Of a DNA stretch of 63,643 nucleotides, positions 28,599-40,619 are shown piece by piece. The stretch lies in assembly GCF_001194135.2 (NCBI RefSeq), contig NC_068981.1, positions 143,021,062-143,084,704 on the forward strand, written 5' to 3'. How positions within the stretch are numbered: the stretch's first letter is position 1; every line of letters begins with the position of its first letter. A program made the position numbers and the translations under genes. The notes under the pieces were generated by a model. That model did not search any database, was not told where the DNA came from, and saw only the letters and a list, made by a program, of their open reading frames with translations. The DNA comes from Octopus bimaculoides. Its lineage: Eukaryota.

Positions 28599-28779
28599 AT
28601 TCCGATTTTTGTCCTTAGTCTTTCCACCACATCTCTCCTCAATTTTTTACATTTCTTTTAAACATTTAGTAGATTCAACACTAATATTTCTTCGTAATTA
28701 TATCATTCATAATCAAATTCTATATTTTTTCTCCTAAACACGCTACATATATACTAAGTAACTCTAACATACGTTTCCT

Positions 28780-28798
28780 CTATTATCTATCTATCTGT

Positions 28799-28863
<65 letters not shown>

Positions 28864-28869
28864 ATCTGT

Positions 28870-28927
<58 letters not shown>

Positions 28928-28990
28928 GTTTGTCTATATGTCTGTCTATATGTCTGTCTGTGTGTCTGTCTATCTATCTATCTCTCTATA
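28780..28990. repeat. (ATCT)n microsatellite
   Basis: Direct reading. Confidence 0.9.
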
Positions 28991-30794
28991 TAGCTATCTG
29001 TTTTTTTAAAAATCTCTATTCATCTTCCTCATTCTGATTTTCTTTTGTACATATCTTCCATTATGGTTATAACTACAAAGAATCTCTCTTTTCATTTGTG
29101 CTCTTTCTTTCCTTCATAGACTTTCCTCTGTAGGCTTTTCGCCTTATATCCACATACCATCATATTCTTCTTGTTAATGTATTCTTCTTTAATCAACTAC
29201 ACCTTTCTCTCTCTTGTAATATTCGATTACATATTTCCCTTACTCTGCCCTTCTTTTTTTTTATTTTCTCACTCAACAAATTCAATATCATTCGCGATAA
29301 CATTCCCATCTCTGCCACTTCCATTGATTCTCCCTTCCTCATTCCATTTCTCTCCTGCACTCGGACTATATAAATATTTACAGACCGTCGTTAATTGATG
29401 TTGCATCGAAGCTGTCACAGTAATCTACTGCTAGAAAACCTGTTTGACATTGCAATTGTTATGTCAGTGCTACACGGCTTTACAGTTTATTTTCATTTTT
29501 TTTCCAGTTTTCATTCATTCTTTTTTTTTATTATTATTTGAATCTCTCACTCAGTTTCTCCTCTCACCTCATTTTTTTCGCTTTCTCGATCCATTCCTCT
29601 CTCACTTCAAAATTCAATTCTCTCTCACCGAATTCTCATCGTTCACCAAATCACTTCCCTTTCCTCTTAATAATCAAAGCTCAATTCCCTACAACTATGA
29701 TGTCATGCTAACTTAATTAATGACAAATACACGACGAGGAATGTCTTTGATCATTTGAGCAACATGCTACCTACGTAACATTCATAATCAATAAAGATTA
29801 CGCATCTCCTTAGTAGAGGTCAACAGAATGTATTTTACGAAGCTCGAATATCAAACCGCTGTAATAAGTGCTTCTTCACCTCCACTTGAACTAATTATAT
29901 TGCAGAAAAAAAACCCAAAAGAAATGTAATTGTATACAGGTTTCCATAAAACATGCCAACCCATGTAATATTTTTAGATATTACTAAGCGTAGGAGTGTC
30001 TGTGATCGGGACCGTGAGAGGTTTTTTCAGATTGGTGCAAGTGATACTATTGCATCAACTCGAACTATTTTATCCGAGTCAAATATTGTGGGGGAAATAT
30101 GCTACAGTGAATACTGTAACGGCCCACTGTTGCGAGGATGCAGAAACAAAGAGATTTCCCATCAGAATTTTGGGGCTGAGACATGGAAACATAGATAGTA
30201 GGATGAGAGATGGGCATCTCAGAACGTTGGAGGAGATATACACGACACTTCTGTGTTGAGACCATTTTCAGTCTCTCCTCCTTCCTGTGAATACCCGTAA
30301 CACCAAATTGACACTAAATTAATATTTTTTTCCACAAATACATGAAAATCTCTCTTGACGACCTGATTGCTTGTCATTTTAATGTTTAATGTATAGTTTA
30401 CAAACCTCAATTTGCAATACTGTCATATCATTGTCTTTCAGACCCAGTTCAGCATGTAATAGGAGACTAACGTTAGAAACAGGAAATATTTTAGGATCCA
30501 AAGTTTATTATAATTACAAAATTGTAGTCACTAAAATAGTATTTGCGTTTTGGAGGAAATTATATATTTAAAAAAATCGAAGATTACACTGTGTAACGAA
30601 ATATCTATTTTGCGGGGTTTTATTTGTCTCTAGCAAATAAGTGTTATTTCGTATTTACTTGTACCTAGAAATAAAAACAAATGACTAGTATTCCTTTTCA
30701 AACTTTGCTTTTCTCTCCTGGACGTTACTATTTAGAAACTTACCGATTTTCCATTACATTTTACACAGATTTTGTTTCAAGTTAATGAAGCACA

Positions 30795-30970
30795 ACTATC
30801 GTTATAGCAAATATTCTGCTCAATACCACAGATTTGCTAGACAGTTGCTTGACCTTAGCCACTTCAGATGTCCCTCAGTGGTTGAGAGTATGCGCATCTC
30901 TGAACAGAAGTAGGAGTAGTGGGGAAATAGCGTAGCCTTGAGTTGAGAGGGATTTTCGGGTTTGAATAAA
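30795..30970 (+). repeat. diverged partial copy of the unclassified dispersed repeat at 32390-32853
   Basis: Shares TAGC/CAGCAAATATTCTGCTCAATACCACAGATTTGCT and GGAGTAGTGGGGGA...GTTGAGAGG with 32397-32545. Confidence 0.8.
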
Positions 30971-31859
30971 TGTAATAAAAGCGGAGTTGGAAGGAAATAT
31001 TAGCCACTCTCCATACTTTCTCGGAGTAAGAAAATAAAAACATAACAATAGATAACCAAGGACAAAGATCGTGTTACACAGTGTTATACGGGCTCTCTAA
31101 AATCAGTGTCCTATATGAAGAGCCCTGATTCAAACTCCAAGGTATCTCTTAATATTCTACGTTTCTGTTATGCCAAGAAATCCTCCTTCCACCAAGAAAA
31201 ATATTCTTGGAGTATATAAATAATAGCTATAAAACATAAATTTTTATTCTTTTAAATCACTCAATGCCTCATAACATGAGTGATGGTTAAGATACTTTGA
31301 TCTATGAAACTGTGTATTTATGGGTGTAAAATATTCTAACGATGACAATTGGCCAAAATAGTATTTGTGTTTTCTGTTTTGTTCATTAAGTTAGAATTAT
31401 CCTTAATCTAACCCATAATGCTTTCATTTGGGCGTTAAAGTAGTTCTATTGTACAGTCCTTGAAATAATTTCGAAGTTAAATGTAGGGAAATATGTTATA
31501 TTTTGAATAATCTTAGCTTACATTTTGCCGCATGTAGTACCGCTCAGATTCAAAATTAAGATTAAAAAAAACCTACTAGCTTTGGTAGAACTGATATTGC
31601 ATATTGTGGAAATCCATGAAAAGATTCAAAGCATATGCAAGAATTTGTTGTATTCTACAGCCACTGGACCTTCATAATCCTCCTCATAACAACTAAAACT
31701 CAGGAAGATGAAAAACAGAAAAATACCATTATTTACCTTATTTACATTTCAAGGATATTTGTCTTGATCAAAGTCTGTGACAACTTCCTCTCTGTTTTCA
31801 GAGTTGGGTCTTTCTTTACTTTGCTATAGCTACCATCACTTATAAGACTAGCGATCGTG

Positions 31860-32350
31860 ACACCCACAACAAAGAAATGATCAAGCTCAGTAACAATCTA
31901 TTGAGTAACAACTAACCCCAAAACATTCTATCTACTCCAATTATGAAGAAAAGAGAGGATGCAAACAATAACCTGTCTACAGTTTGTCTACCGTATGTGA
32001 AAGACCTATCCCAAAAGATACAAAAGATATGCAGCCCATATGACATCAGGACAGTATTCAAGAGTAATACAATGATTCGCAAATATCTCCTTCGGGTAAA
32101 ACAACCAATAGAACAGAATATGACCAAACATTGCGTATACTCTATCCCGTGCAGCTGTAGTAGCTTATACAAAGGCGAAACATGGCACCCCCTCAAAATA
32201 ATATGTAGAGGAACATCGCAAAGCTGTGACACGTGAAGATATTGATAAATCGGGTATGGATAAATCGGGTATGAAAAAACCGGAGATCACCTCCCCCTGT
32301 GGGATGAAATTGATATAATAGACAGAGAACACCACTGGAAAATACGAAAA
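31860..32350 (+). mobile_element. Penelope-like element, RT thumb plus GIY-YIG endonuclease fragment (pseudogenised)
   Basis: VCLPYVKDLSQKIQKICSPYDIRTVFKS...CVYSIPCSCSSLYKGET...GDHLPLWDEIDIIDREHHWKIRK. VYSIPCSC and YxGET correspond to the two GIY-YIG motifs of PLEs. Confidence 0.85.
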
Positions 32351-32389
32351 AGTTCTATCATGTACATTGTTTTGTCTTGGTATAAAAGA

Positions 32390-32853
32390 TGGGCTACAGC
32401 AAATATTCTGCTCAATACCACAGATTTGCTTGTCAGTTGTTTGACCTTAATTAGTTGAGCATGTCCCTTGGTGGCTGACGATATGTGCATCTCTGATCAT
32501 GAGCAGGAGTAGTGGGGGAGCATCATAGCCATGTGTTGAGAGGAATTCTTTGGGGTTTTAATAATTCACCTTTGGAAACATGGGTGTTTTGCTCAACATC
32601 CTTAAACAAACCTTATTCAGAGACCTTTTGAGCAGGATGGGCTACTCGACCTGAAGAAAATTCTAACTGGACCCACCTGCAAGGTCATGCGCTGTTTATC
32701 TTGATATGAGATCACTATGTCGCGCACATATGGTTGTGATGCATGTGCCTAGTGTACCCTTATCAAACGGGTAGTCATGATGGGTATACTGGGCTTCGTA
32801 TATTTTACCCCAGTGTCACTTTGTTGGCATGTACTACTCTCTCACTCAATAAT
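32390..32853 (+). repeat. unclassified ~460-bp dispersed repeat ending in an (AAT)n tail
   Basis: A second copy lies at 30795-30970. It ends CTCTCTCACTCAATAATGATAATAAT and sits between the PLE ORF and the pLTR tail. Confidence 0.6.
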
Positions 32854-32894
32854 GATAATAATAATAACAACAACAACAGCAACAACAACAACAA

Positions 32895-33075
32895 CATCGA
32901 AAACTACCTTAGGAATGAGAACCCAGGTTCGAATTTTCCCTAAGACACCTGATGAAGGTTGGAGGGTATATCAACCGAAACGTTGTGTTAACAACAAACA
33001 AGATGAGGATAAATATCCGCCAAATGTAAATAATGTAAATCATTTACATAATTCTTCATCTCTTAAATATAGAAC
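32895..33075 (+). mobile_element. Penelope pLTR-derived terminal repeat (copy 1)
   Basis: Follows the PLE ORF. Homologous to 35237-35392 (-), 35887-36045 (+) and 39435-39545 (+). Confidence 0.75.
32944..32989 (+). ncRNA. minimal type I hammerhead ribozyme, intact core
   Basis: GACAC (32944-48) CTGATGA (32949-55) a GGTTG-gagggtatat-CAACC GAAA CG TT^ GTGTT (32985-89). Stem I is GACAC/GTGTT, stem II is 5 bp, and stem III is the loopless palindrome ACGT. Confidence 0.75.
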
Positions 33076-34493
33076 AGAAAAATACCTTAATCTAAATATT
33101 TAAGCAAACATATACCGTTTCAAGTCAACACCCATTCTTGCAAAGGAGACAAAAGGTTATTGTTTTGGTTCTGGATGTTTGCATAAGCAAGTACCTTTTA
33201 AAAGCTCTGGTTCCCAGGGAATTGTGTTTAAACAGTCTTGTTTAAATAATCATCATTAGCACAACCAGAATTCAAAATCAGTGTTAAATTTAATTATGTA
33301 AATAACTGTACATCACTATACGCAGTTTCATCGTAAGAAGTACTTTCTTATGGAACACAAAGGAAGACTGTTAAAGATTCTATACTCCTCATTCCTTTTC
33401 TGAAGGGTTACATGCATAATGTTAGAAGTTTCTCTTATATTATTTGAAATCATTTGATGAAAATCAAAAAAAAAAAAATGTAAACTGACTATTGTCGCTT
33501 TCGACTCGCACTAATTTTAGTGAGGTCTACTTTTTTTCATTTCCTGAAGGCAGTTAGTAGTTTGCTCCGATTAAAAATATTTATTTTCTTAAACTTTAAA
33601 ACATCAGTAACACCACTGTACAATTTTACATAAAGAGAAGCAAATGTTATGAAGAAATTCAACGAAGATAGATACTTTCAAGGGTAGAAACATATGACTT
33701 AATTAAACCTTTTGTTTGAACTGAATTATGATATCTCAAGCTATTATGTTTTCATGAAATTTCTTGTTAATTGATAAATCTAAGATTCATAAAAACTAAT
33801 CCTCTCAAACAAATCTGAAAAGAAGTTACTTCGTATTTAACCCCAATTTATTCGATGCAGATTTATTTCTCCGTGTCCCATTACAAAATTTGTCTCTATT
33901 TTATTTCAGCTACATATACATTCAAGATATCGAAAATATTCGCATTCTCATAGTTAATCTGAAATGCCGACAAAAATGTATATGCAAAACTGAAAATTAA
34001 CTCAGTCAGAAACTTCAATTTTGAAAAAAATGTGAAATATAACAGAAATTCCTAACATGAAACAAATTATTTTAAACTACAAAGAACTCTGAATGCATAT
34101 TAGGAATTTCTCAAAATTGTCTGGAAACTAGATACTACGGAAAAAACTTCTTAAGTACTCTGCTTACATGTCTGAAACTTCATTCAATAATTTAACACAT
34201 CTAACACGATTATATGCCCGTTAGTTTCCTTCTTACGCTGGTGTGGATTTGTTCATACTGATATAAGTACTTCAGAGTTACAAATATATCAATCCCTACA
34301 TCATATTGGATGCGTAAATGTTTCTAACCTTAAAAGACTCTTCCTTGAGGACGTAACAGAATATAAGCACTCGTATAATTATATGAAAATACATGTGAAA
34401 TATATATGTACATAGAAGGCTAATAAGTCTAACAAAAAGTATGGGGCCTCACCCTTTCTCTCCTCGAATATTTACATATCAAATTCACTATTT

Positions 34494-34538
<45 letters not shown>

Positions 34539-34548
34539 NNNNNNNNNN

Positions 34549-34594
<46 letters not shown>

Positions 34595-34699
34595 ACAAAC
34601 ACAGATACACTCATATATATGGAAACACATACGTACAAAGTATGATCTTAATACCATCGAACGTATTTCTGGCTGCTATTCTAATCAAAAGTCTGCCGT

Positions 34700-35215
34700 G
34701 AAATTAAATACACCGCATGCCAAAATAGCTACGCTGTGTGTTTGATAGGATCATAAAAGCATTATTTATTATGAGCTTCCCCCACAAATCCTGACCATTA
34801 ACTCTGATGCGTTCTGACGTCGGCTGTCCAATTTGAACCAAAAGATCAATGATTGGAGCCCGGAGATTGCCAACAAGGGTAGTGTTCCAACAAGATGATG
34901 CCCCACCACACGAGCCTTTAGCTACCCGAACAAAGTTGCATGAAACTGACTGCGACCTCATTCCCCATCCACCATATCCTACTGATATTGTGCCATCCGA
35001 CTATCACTTGTATTGTCTCTACAAACCTTATTGCAAGGAAAAACATTTAGCAATTTAGATGTCGTCAAAATGCGTCTAGATAAAATATTTTTCCTCAAAA
35101 CCAATCAAATTTTATGCCGATGGAATATTTAAATTGCCTAATATATGGACAAAAACCATTAATAATAATGGAAATTATGTCATTAAATAAAAAATATTGA
35201 AACGTCAATTATTTA
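34700..35215 (+). mobile_element. mariner transposon, 3' fragment (catalytic domain end)
   Basis: INSD, FQQDDAPPH, LIPHPPYPTDIVPSDYHL (cf. HPPYSPDLAPSDYHLF), FYADGIFKLP, NNGNYVIK*. Confidence 0.9.
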
Positions 35216-35236
35216 TATCCATTTTTGCAAACATTA

Positions 35237-35397
35237 TTTACATTAATTACATTATTTACATTCGACGAATAATTGTCCTCATCGTGTTTGTTGTTAACAC
35301 AACATTTCGACTGATATACCCTCCAGCATTTTTCGGGTGTCTTCAGGAAATTTCGAACCTGGGTTCTCATTACTAAGGTATTTTTCGATGTCATTAC

Positions 35398-35432
<35 letters not shown>

Positions 35433-35502
35433 TCATTGCTTGGAATCGAACTCGGAATATTGGGGTTAGTAGCCCGCACTTTTAACCACTTTGCCATATG
35501 CC
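35237..35502 (-). mobile_element. composite SINE-like unit: tRNA-like head + (AAT)n + pLTR/hammerhead tail (left arm)
   Basis: Reverse complement GGCATATGGCAAAGTGGTT (A box) ... CTACTAA loop ... GAGTTCGATTCC (B box) ... GACCTG-(AAT)n-GACATCGAAAAATACC...; the hammerhead core is degraded to CCGAAAA. Confidence 0.75.
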
Positions 35503-35559
35503 TGTGAGCTATTATAGAGTTAAATTTAGGGCCCTAAATTCACTGGATAATTGCCCAAG

Positions 35560-36045
<486 letters not shown>

Positions 36046-36708
36046 TGCATTTTTGCATATCAAGAATTGCTCAGAACATGCCGCACCACCTAATGTATAT
36101 ATATATATATATATNNNNNNNNNNNNNNNNNNNNNNNNNNNNNNNNNNNNNNNNNNNNNNNNNNNNNNNNNNNNNNNNNNNNNNNNNNNNNNNNNNNNNN
36201 NNNNNNNNNNNNNNNNNNNNNNNNNNNNNNNNNNNNNNNNNNNNNNNNNNNNNNNNNNNNNNNNNNNNNNNNNNNNNNNNNNNNNNNNNNNNNNNNNNNN
36301 NNNNNNNNNNNNNNNNNNNNNNNNNNNNNNNNNNNNNNNNNNNNNNNNNNNNNNNNNNNNNNNNNNNNNNNNNNNNNNNNNNNNNNNNNNNNNNNNNNNN
36401 NNNNNNNNNNNNNNNNNNNNNNNNNNNNNNNNNNNNNNNNNNNNNNNNNNNNNNNNNNNNNNNNNNNNNNNNNNNNNNNNNNNNNNNNNNNNNNNNNNNN
36501 NNNNNNNNNNNNNNNNNNNNNNNNNNNNNNNNNNNNNNNNNNNNNNNNNNNNNNNNNNNNNNNNNNNNNNNNNNNNNNNNNNNNNNNNNNNNNNNNNNNN
36601 NNNNNNNNNNNNNNNNNNNNNNNNNNNNNNNNNNNNNNNNNNNNNNNNNNNNNNNNNNNNNNNNNNNNNNNNNNNNNNNNNNNNNNNNNNNNNNNNNNNN
36701 NNNNNNNN

Positions 36709-36739
<31 letters not shown>

Positions 36740-36903
36740 CATTTATATATATATATATATATACATATATACATACATACATTCATATGCATATATATGT
36801 GACATAATGTAATATATATTTTGTAGTTGCACAAGAGATACTATATTGCAACAAACTTGTAAATGCTTACCATACACCTGAACTGTCTATCTATCATTTT
36901 ATC

Positions 36904-36934
<31 letters not shown>

Positions 36935-39312
36935 CTACCTACTTACCTACCTACATACATACATACATACATACATACATACATACATACATACTCACGT
37001 ACTTACATATCTCTCTGTCTTTTTGTCTCTGTTTGTGTATGCTTTAGTTAAATGTTTGTGCCTGTGAGTAAGCAGCAACTAATATTGCATACATTTCGCT
37101 TTGAACCATGTTGAATAAAAACGTCACCGTTGTCAGTTATACATTATCGTTATTAGGAAGTAATGAAGTATGTTCTAAGGAACTTATAAAACACGAAATT
37201 GCATTTGAAAGATGTTTTTCGTTTTCATCTAGACTGAACGCTAATCATTTCTAAGCGTATATTAATAGTGAATTTTATCATTGCTGTATCAAACTGTCCA
37301 CGGAGGTCGTTGAAATTTTACTTTCAATAATGTCAGAATGTAAAAGAATTTGAAATTAAATTCTGCATTCCTCTGATTTAGTTAACCTCCTTTGATCAAC
37401 TCTGAAATTACTAATTAGTCATATTTTAAGAACTGAAGTGTAGCGGAAAAATCCAAAAGATATAATTGAATTAATCAATTCAATTCACAAGTAGAATCAT
37501 TTTACATCCTCCACATCAGTAAAACCCTCGTAAATGGCTTTAAAGTTAGAGATTTATCAGGAGCAATATATTTTATCAGGCGTTTTCTTCACTGTTCTAC
37601 TAGATATAAAAAAATTGCTTTCTATATTTTTACACAGTTTGCTGTGAAAGAGTAGAGCTGTGTTTGGAAGTGGAAATGAATCAAGAAAAGATTAATAGAA
37701 TTATTTGTCTTTTTTTTTCATTTATTCTCTCTCTTTCTTTTTTTTTTTTTAGTAGGATTATATATTTGTTGCGCTGTAAGATCAAGGGTTATCAAAGCCA
37801 TGAATAAGATACTTAATCTTTCAAACTGGTACAAACCACTTCCATAGAATTTCAAATACAACTGCACCAGTAGCAGCAGTAGAAATAGCTGTAGCCATAT
37901 CAATAGTATTAGTAGTAATAGTATCAGGAACAACAACATCTTGTCTCACAAATCTATTTGATAACAGATCATAGGAATACATAGGAATGCCAAGTAGCTA
38001 AAACTTATTGATTAAATAGTATCAATTGAGGAAGTGAGAGTGAATCCATGAAGCACGTACAATACATATCAACATTAGTGCAATAACATCTGACAAATTT
38101 TAATTTAGCAAATTTCAAAATAAAAATGATTAGTGCATTATTCAATAATTTCTAGAGGAAAACTTGCAAATCATGGGAGTTCTTAGTGACGTCTTTCATC
38201 AATTATATTTTCCTTGCATGTTTTATGTAGAATTTATTATGTTTTGCTTTTATTGTATTTAAACTGTGTTAAATAAGGACAAAAGAGATGTTTTGAACAG
38301 TACAAATAACAATGAAGCCAATATTTAAAATTCTATAACAATGCTCAGAGATAAAAACTGAGAACAGCTGAAAACTTCGATTAGAATGGCAAGTTTGCTT
38401 TGCAATTTTATTTTCTCCTATTATCAAGAATCTAATTCAAACTTCTATGATACCAAACATTTGACAACAATATCTTAGAAACAGCTAATAATGTAGTTAA
38501 TCATTTTATGTTTTTATTTTCTTTGAGGAGGTTATGACTTTTTCTAATTTTCTACATTCCATTCTAACGACCATTCTTTCAATGTACTTCAGTTTTATAC
38601 CGATTTGTTTTTTTCTTATTCATGTCTTACTTCCTAAATTCTTTCAGTTTCCTATTTTTATGAATGTATTTGTTATTAGGCTTATTTGTAAATTCCCCAA
38701 TTAGTTTGTTGCTGCTACAATCTTTACTTCACTTCTTATGGCTATCTCTTTTGATGCTGGCCTTTATCTCTTTCATTTGAATATCTCTTTCTAATACATT
38801 TAATCAACGACAAGCCGGAATTACAAGAATTGACAACACGTCTCAAAGCAATATTATAGGGCTTTCAACGAAAGAAAAGGAGGAAAAAGTCACTGAAATT
38901 ATTTATTTGTCAAATAGAAAATAATCTTCAAATGTCTCTAAAGTATTCCCTACGTTCCCGACCAGACAGATTCCTGAGTTGGTCATAGTACAGGTCGTAT
39001 GTTTCGGCTGATATAAGTCAAGGTTACATCCCATTTACAGTGACAATATAGGCTACTGTCTCAGTGCCCTGACCTGTCTTTCAGTGTAAAAATCTGACCA
39101 GCGTCATGAAGAAATAGTGCATTATGTAACTAACTGTTTTACATTAATACGGTTGTTTAGAAGTCCTTTTCAATATCTGAAAGAACGCATTGACTATGTA
39201 ATGTCTTTACGTGACTATAAGACTTCTGTAACACTTATTTACATTATTTACATTGGACGGATGTGTGTAAATGAGGTATAAATAAGGTATTACTAAGGAA
39301 TAAATACTAATG

Positions 39313-39315
39313 CTG

Positions 39316-39386
<71 letters not shown>

Positions 39387-39410
39387 GATAATAATAATAA
39401 TAATAATAAT
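39313..39410. repeat. (CTA)n(ATA)n microsatellite
   Basis: Direct reading. Confidence 0.9.
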
Positions 39411-39434
39411 ATCAGCAAAATAAATACCTGACGA

Positions 39435-39545
39435 ACGAGAACCCAGGATTGAGCTCAAAATTCTACCAGGACAACTGATGAAGGCTGAAGAGTAAATCAG
39501 CCGAAATATTGTGGTAACAACAAGCAAGATGAGGATAAGTACCTC
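39435..39545 (+). mobile_element. pLTR/hammerhead tail, divergent copy 4
   Basis: GAGAACCCAGG...GGACAA-CTGATGA-a-GGCTGA-agagtaaa-TCAGCC-GAAA-TA-TT-GTGGT-AACAACAAGCAAGATGAGGA. Confidence 0.7.
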
Positions 39546-39559
39546 ATGCACAAAAGAAC

Positions 39560-40440
39560 CTGATGCACAAAAGGTATAGACATGCAGGAAAAATGTGACA
39601 ACCGATGGAGACTTTGTGGCGTTCACACTGAAGATATCACCTACACCATAAGCAGTTGTCTGAAAATGTCATCACTGTATTATCTACCGATGAAGCATGA
39701 CGTTGTAGCTAGGACAATCTGTTATAAAATCCGTCAGAAGGATAATCAGGAGGACCACGACGTAAGAATCCAGAATATGGTAGAAACTATAGCCACTGAT
39801 AATGAAGAAGGTATACTGGTAGAATGTCCCAGTGAAGACCTCAATAAAATGGAAGCACAACAGATCTGAAATAATGATTTAGGATAGAGAAGAGAAATTG
39901 TGCACTGTTGTGGAAATTACCTGCCCAGCTGATGTTAACATAAAGCTGAAGATCATTGAAAAAGAAAATACTTATGCTGAACTATTAAGAAATCAGAAGT
40001 TACTCTATCCAGATTACAAGTTCAGTTTATTCCTGTAATTATTAGAACCCTGGGATATGTAACACAATGCCTCAATAGCAATCTTGACAACTTAGGCTTC
40101 TCAAAACGAGAAATGAGAAAGCTGATTCGACAAATACAGATCCAATCCATCACTGGAACTGTAAAATCCTGTAAAACTATCCAGAAGTTTATCATTTAAA
40201 TATTTATGAGCATTCGAGATATGCAACTATAAGAATGAGAATACATACATAAAATATACAAATCTGCACATACATACATACATACATACACACATATAAA
40301 GAAGAATTCTCTGTTGTTGATGTCGAAATTCCAATGAAGGTAACTTGGATCTAGTTTAGAAACCGGTTCTTTCTCTGTTAGCAAGAAGTCTTGAAATAAA
40401 CTGAATACTGACATATATAAATGCATACAGAATGGTTAAT
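39560..40440 (+). mobile_element. R4/Dong-type (RLE) LINE 3' fragment with 3' UTR
   Basis: WRLCGVHTEDITYTISSCLKMSSLYYLPMKHDVVA (CCHC knuckle region), HNRSEIMI, VEITCPADVNIKLKIIEKENTY (PD-(D/E)xK-type RLE), PVIIRTLGYV, TGTVKSCKTIQKF. Confidence 0.8.
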
Positions 40441-40619
40441 ACAGGTTGGGGCTCAGAAAATAAAACCTTAAATTCCAGAATGCACCAGCTTAAAGAACAA
40501 ACAGCGAGACCATAGAATTTAAAATATATATCTGCAGATAATAAACGAAAAAACTCTAAAGAGAGTGTTTTCTCAAGATCCCAAAACAATCTTATACAGC
40601 GTGAACATAAATAAAATGT

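Noticed and set aside
29934-30400. Possible Tc1/mariner-like element starting TATACAGG
   Set aside because: No partner TIR and no recognisable transposase motif in any frame.
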